Shown: one piece after another, positions 63,198 through 64,000 of the stretch
Numbering within the stretch: position 1 is the stretch's first letter
How the letters are laid out: each line of letters starts with the position of its first letter
Origin: Acholeplasmataceae bacterium
GTDB taxonomy: Bacteria > Bacillota_I > Bacilli_A > Acholeplasmatales > Acholeplasmataceae
Assembly: GCA_963667565.1 (NCBI GenBank)
Contig: OY763415.1
Coordinates: 416,001 to 480,000 of the forward strand
Length of the DNA stretch: 64,000 nt
Direction: 5' to 3'
Program-made: the position numbers and the translations under genes
The notes under the pieces: generated by a model
What the model saw: the letters and a program-made list of their open reading frames with translations, nothing else
Databases searched by the model: none
What the model was told of the DNA's origin: nothing

Positions 63198-64000
63198 ATG
63201 AATGTTATTACAGAAATAGCACGCTTTGGATTAAAAATCATGTTTCATCGTCGATTTAAATTTAAATTTACGTATGAAGATTTTGATCCCAAAAGAAAAG
63301 AACCATACATTTTAATATTTACACATACACAGTTAAATGATCCGCTTTTTGTTGGTATGTATTTAAAATATTATCCATACCCTGTAGCAAGCAATACGTT
63401 ATACACCAATAAAATCATGAGACTTGCACTCACAAAATTGGTGAAATCAATTCCTAAGCGAAAAGGACAAGCAGATTCAAGAACTATTAGAATGATCATT
63501 GACGCTTTTAATAAAGACCATAGAGGCATTATGATAGCACCTGAAGGTAATTCATCCTTTTATGGTGAACAAACACCTACTGATTATTTAACAACTGCAA
63601 AACTTGTTAAAAAATTAGATAAGGATTTGGTAGTTGCTCAAATCAATGGTGGATTTTTCGCGGATCCTAGATGGGGTAAATATCGTAAGCGTGCAATCAT
63701 TGAAATCAATTATAAGCCATTAATCAAACAAGGTGAATTCAAAGATTTATCACTTGAAAAAGTTATCGATATTTTGGATCAAGCGATAAAGTTCAATGAT
63801 TACGAGTGGATTAAAAACCGTGATTATACTTATAAATCTAAAACAATGGCTGAAGGTATTGAACATATTATATATGCATGTCCTGTATGTGGTAAACTTC
63901 AAACAATTTCAACATCTGGTAATAATATTTTTTGTAGCCACTGTGGAAAAATATCTGAAGTGGATGAAAAGCAATTTTTATCTGGTCAATATAAGACTTT
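63198..64000 (+). CDS. PlsC-like lysophospholipid acyltransferase (runs off window)
   Basis: MNVITEIARFG..; HTQLND (HxxxxD), APEGN, PRWG. Confidence 0.85.
   Translation, partial: MNVITEIARFGLKIMFHRRFKFKFTYEDFDPKRKEPYILIFTHTQLNDPLFVGMYLKYYPYPVASNTLYTNKIMRLALTKLVKSIPKRKGQADSRTIRMIIDAFNKDHRGIMIAPEGNSSFYGEQTPTDYLTTAKLVKKLDKDLVVAQINGGFFADPRWGKYRKRAIIEINYKPLIKQGEFKDLSLEKVIDILDQAIKFNDYEWIKNRDYTYKSKTMAEGIEHIIYACPVCGKLQTISTSGNNIFCSHCGKISEVDEKQFLSGQYKT

Overview
AT-rich bacterial chromosome segment in genetic code 11 (TGA is stop, Trp is TGG). The DnaK, L32 and L33 sequences and the many lipoproteins suggest an Acholeplasmatales-like wall-less Bacillota; this taxonomy is inference. Three blocks. (1) 1-21177: a co-oriented beta-1,3-glucan (laminarin-type) utilisation locus with two GH16 enzymes, a LacI regulator, a GH161-like phosphorylase, a multi-CBM lipoprotein, two solute-binding proteins, four permeases, an NHL/Yip1 protein and a DUF5696-like protein. 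(2) 21189-32022: an accessory hotspot with IS3 remnants, a probable secreted polymorphic toxin/immunity pair, an orphan toxin-like tail followed by two paralogous membrane genes, and an integrase-less ~4.4 kb islet. The islet is bounded by tRNA-Lys(CTT) and a 45-bp copy of its 3' end and encodes a secreted papain-fold Cys protease, a radical SAM/SPASM enzyme, a lipoprotein and an XRE regulator. (3) 32143-64000: mostly housekeeping genes (copZA-csoR, ispG, rpmG, gpmA, hrcA-grpE-dnaK-dnaJ with tandem CIRCE, lplA, rpmF, rsmH, nadD, nadE, mnmA, recD2, glgA-glgC, a Nudix-HD fusion, ald). All family calls come from motif recognition by eye; no searches were run.
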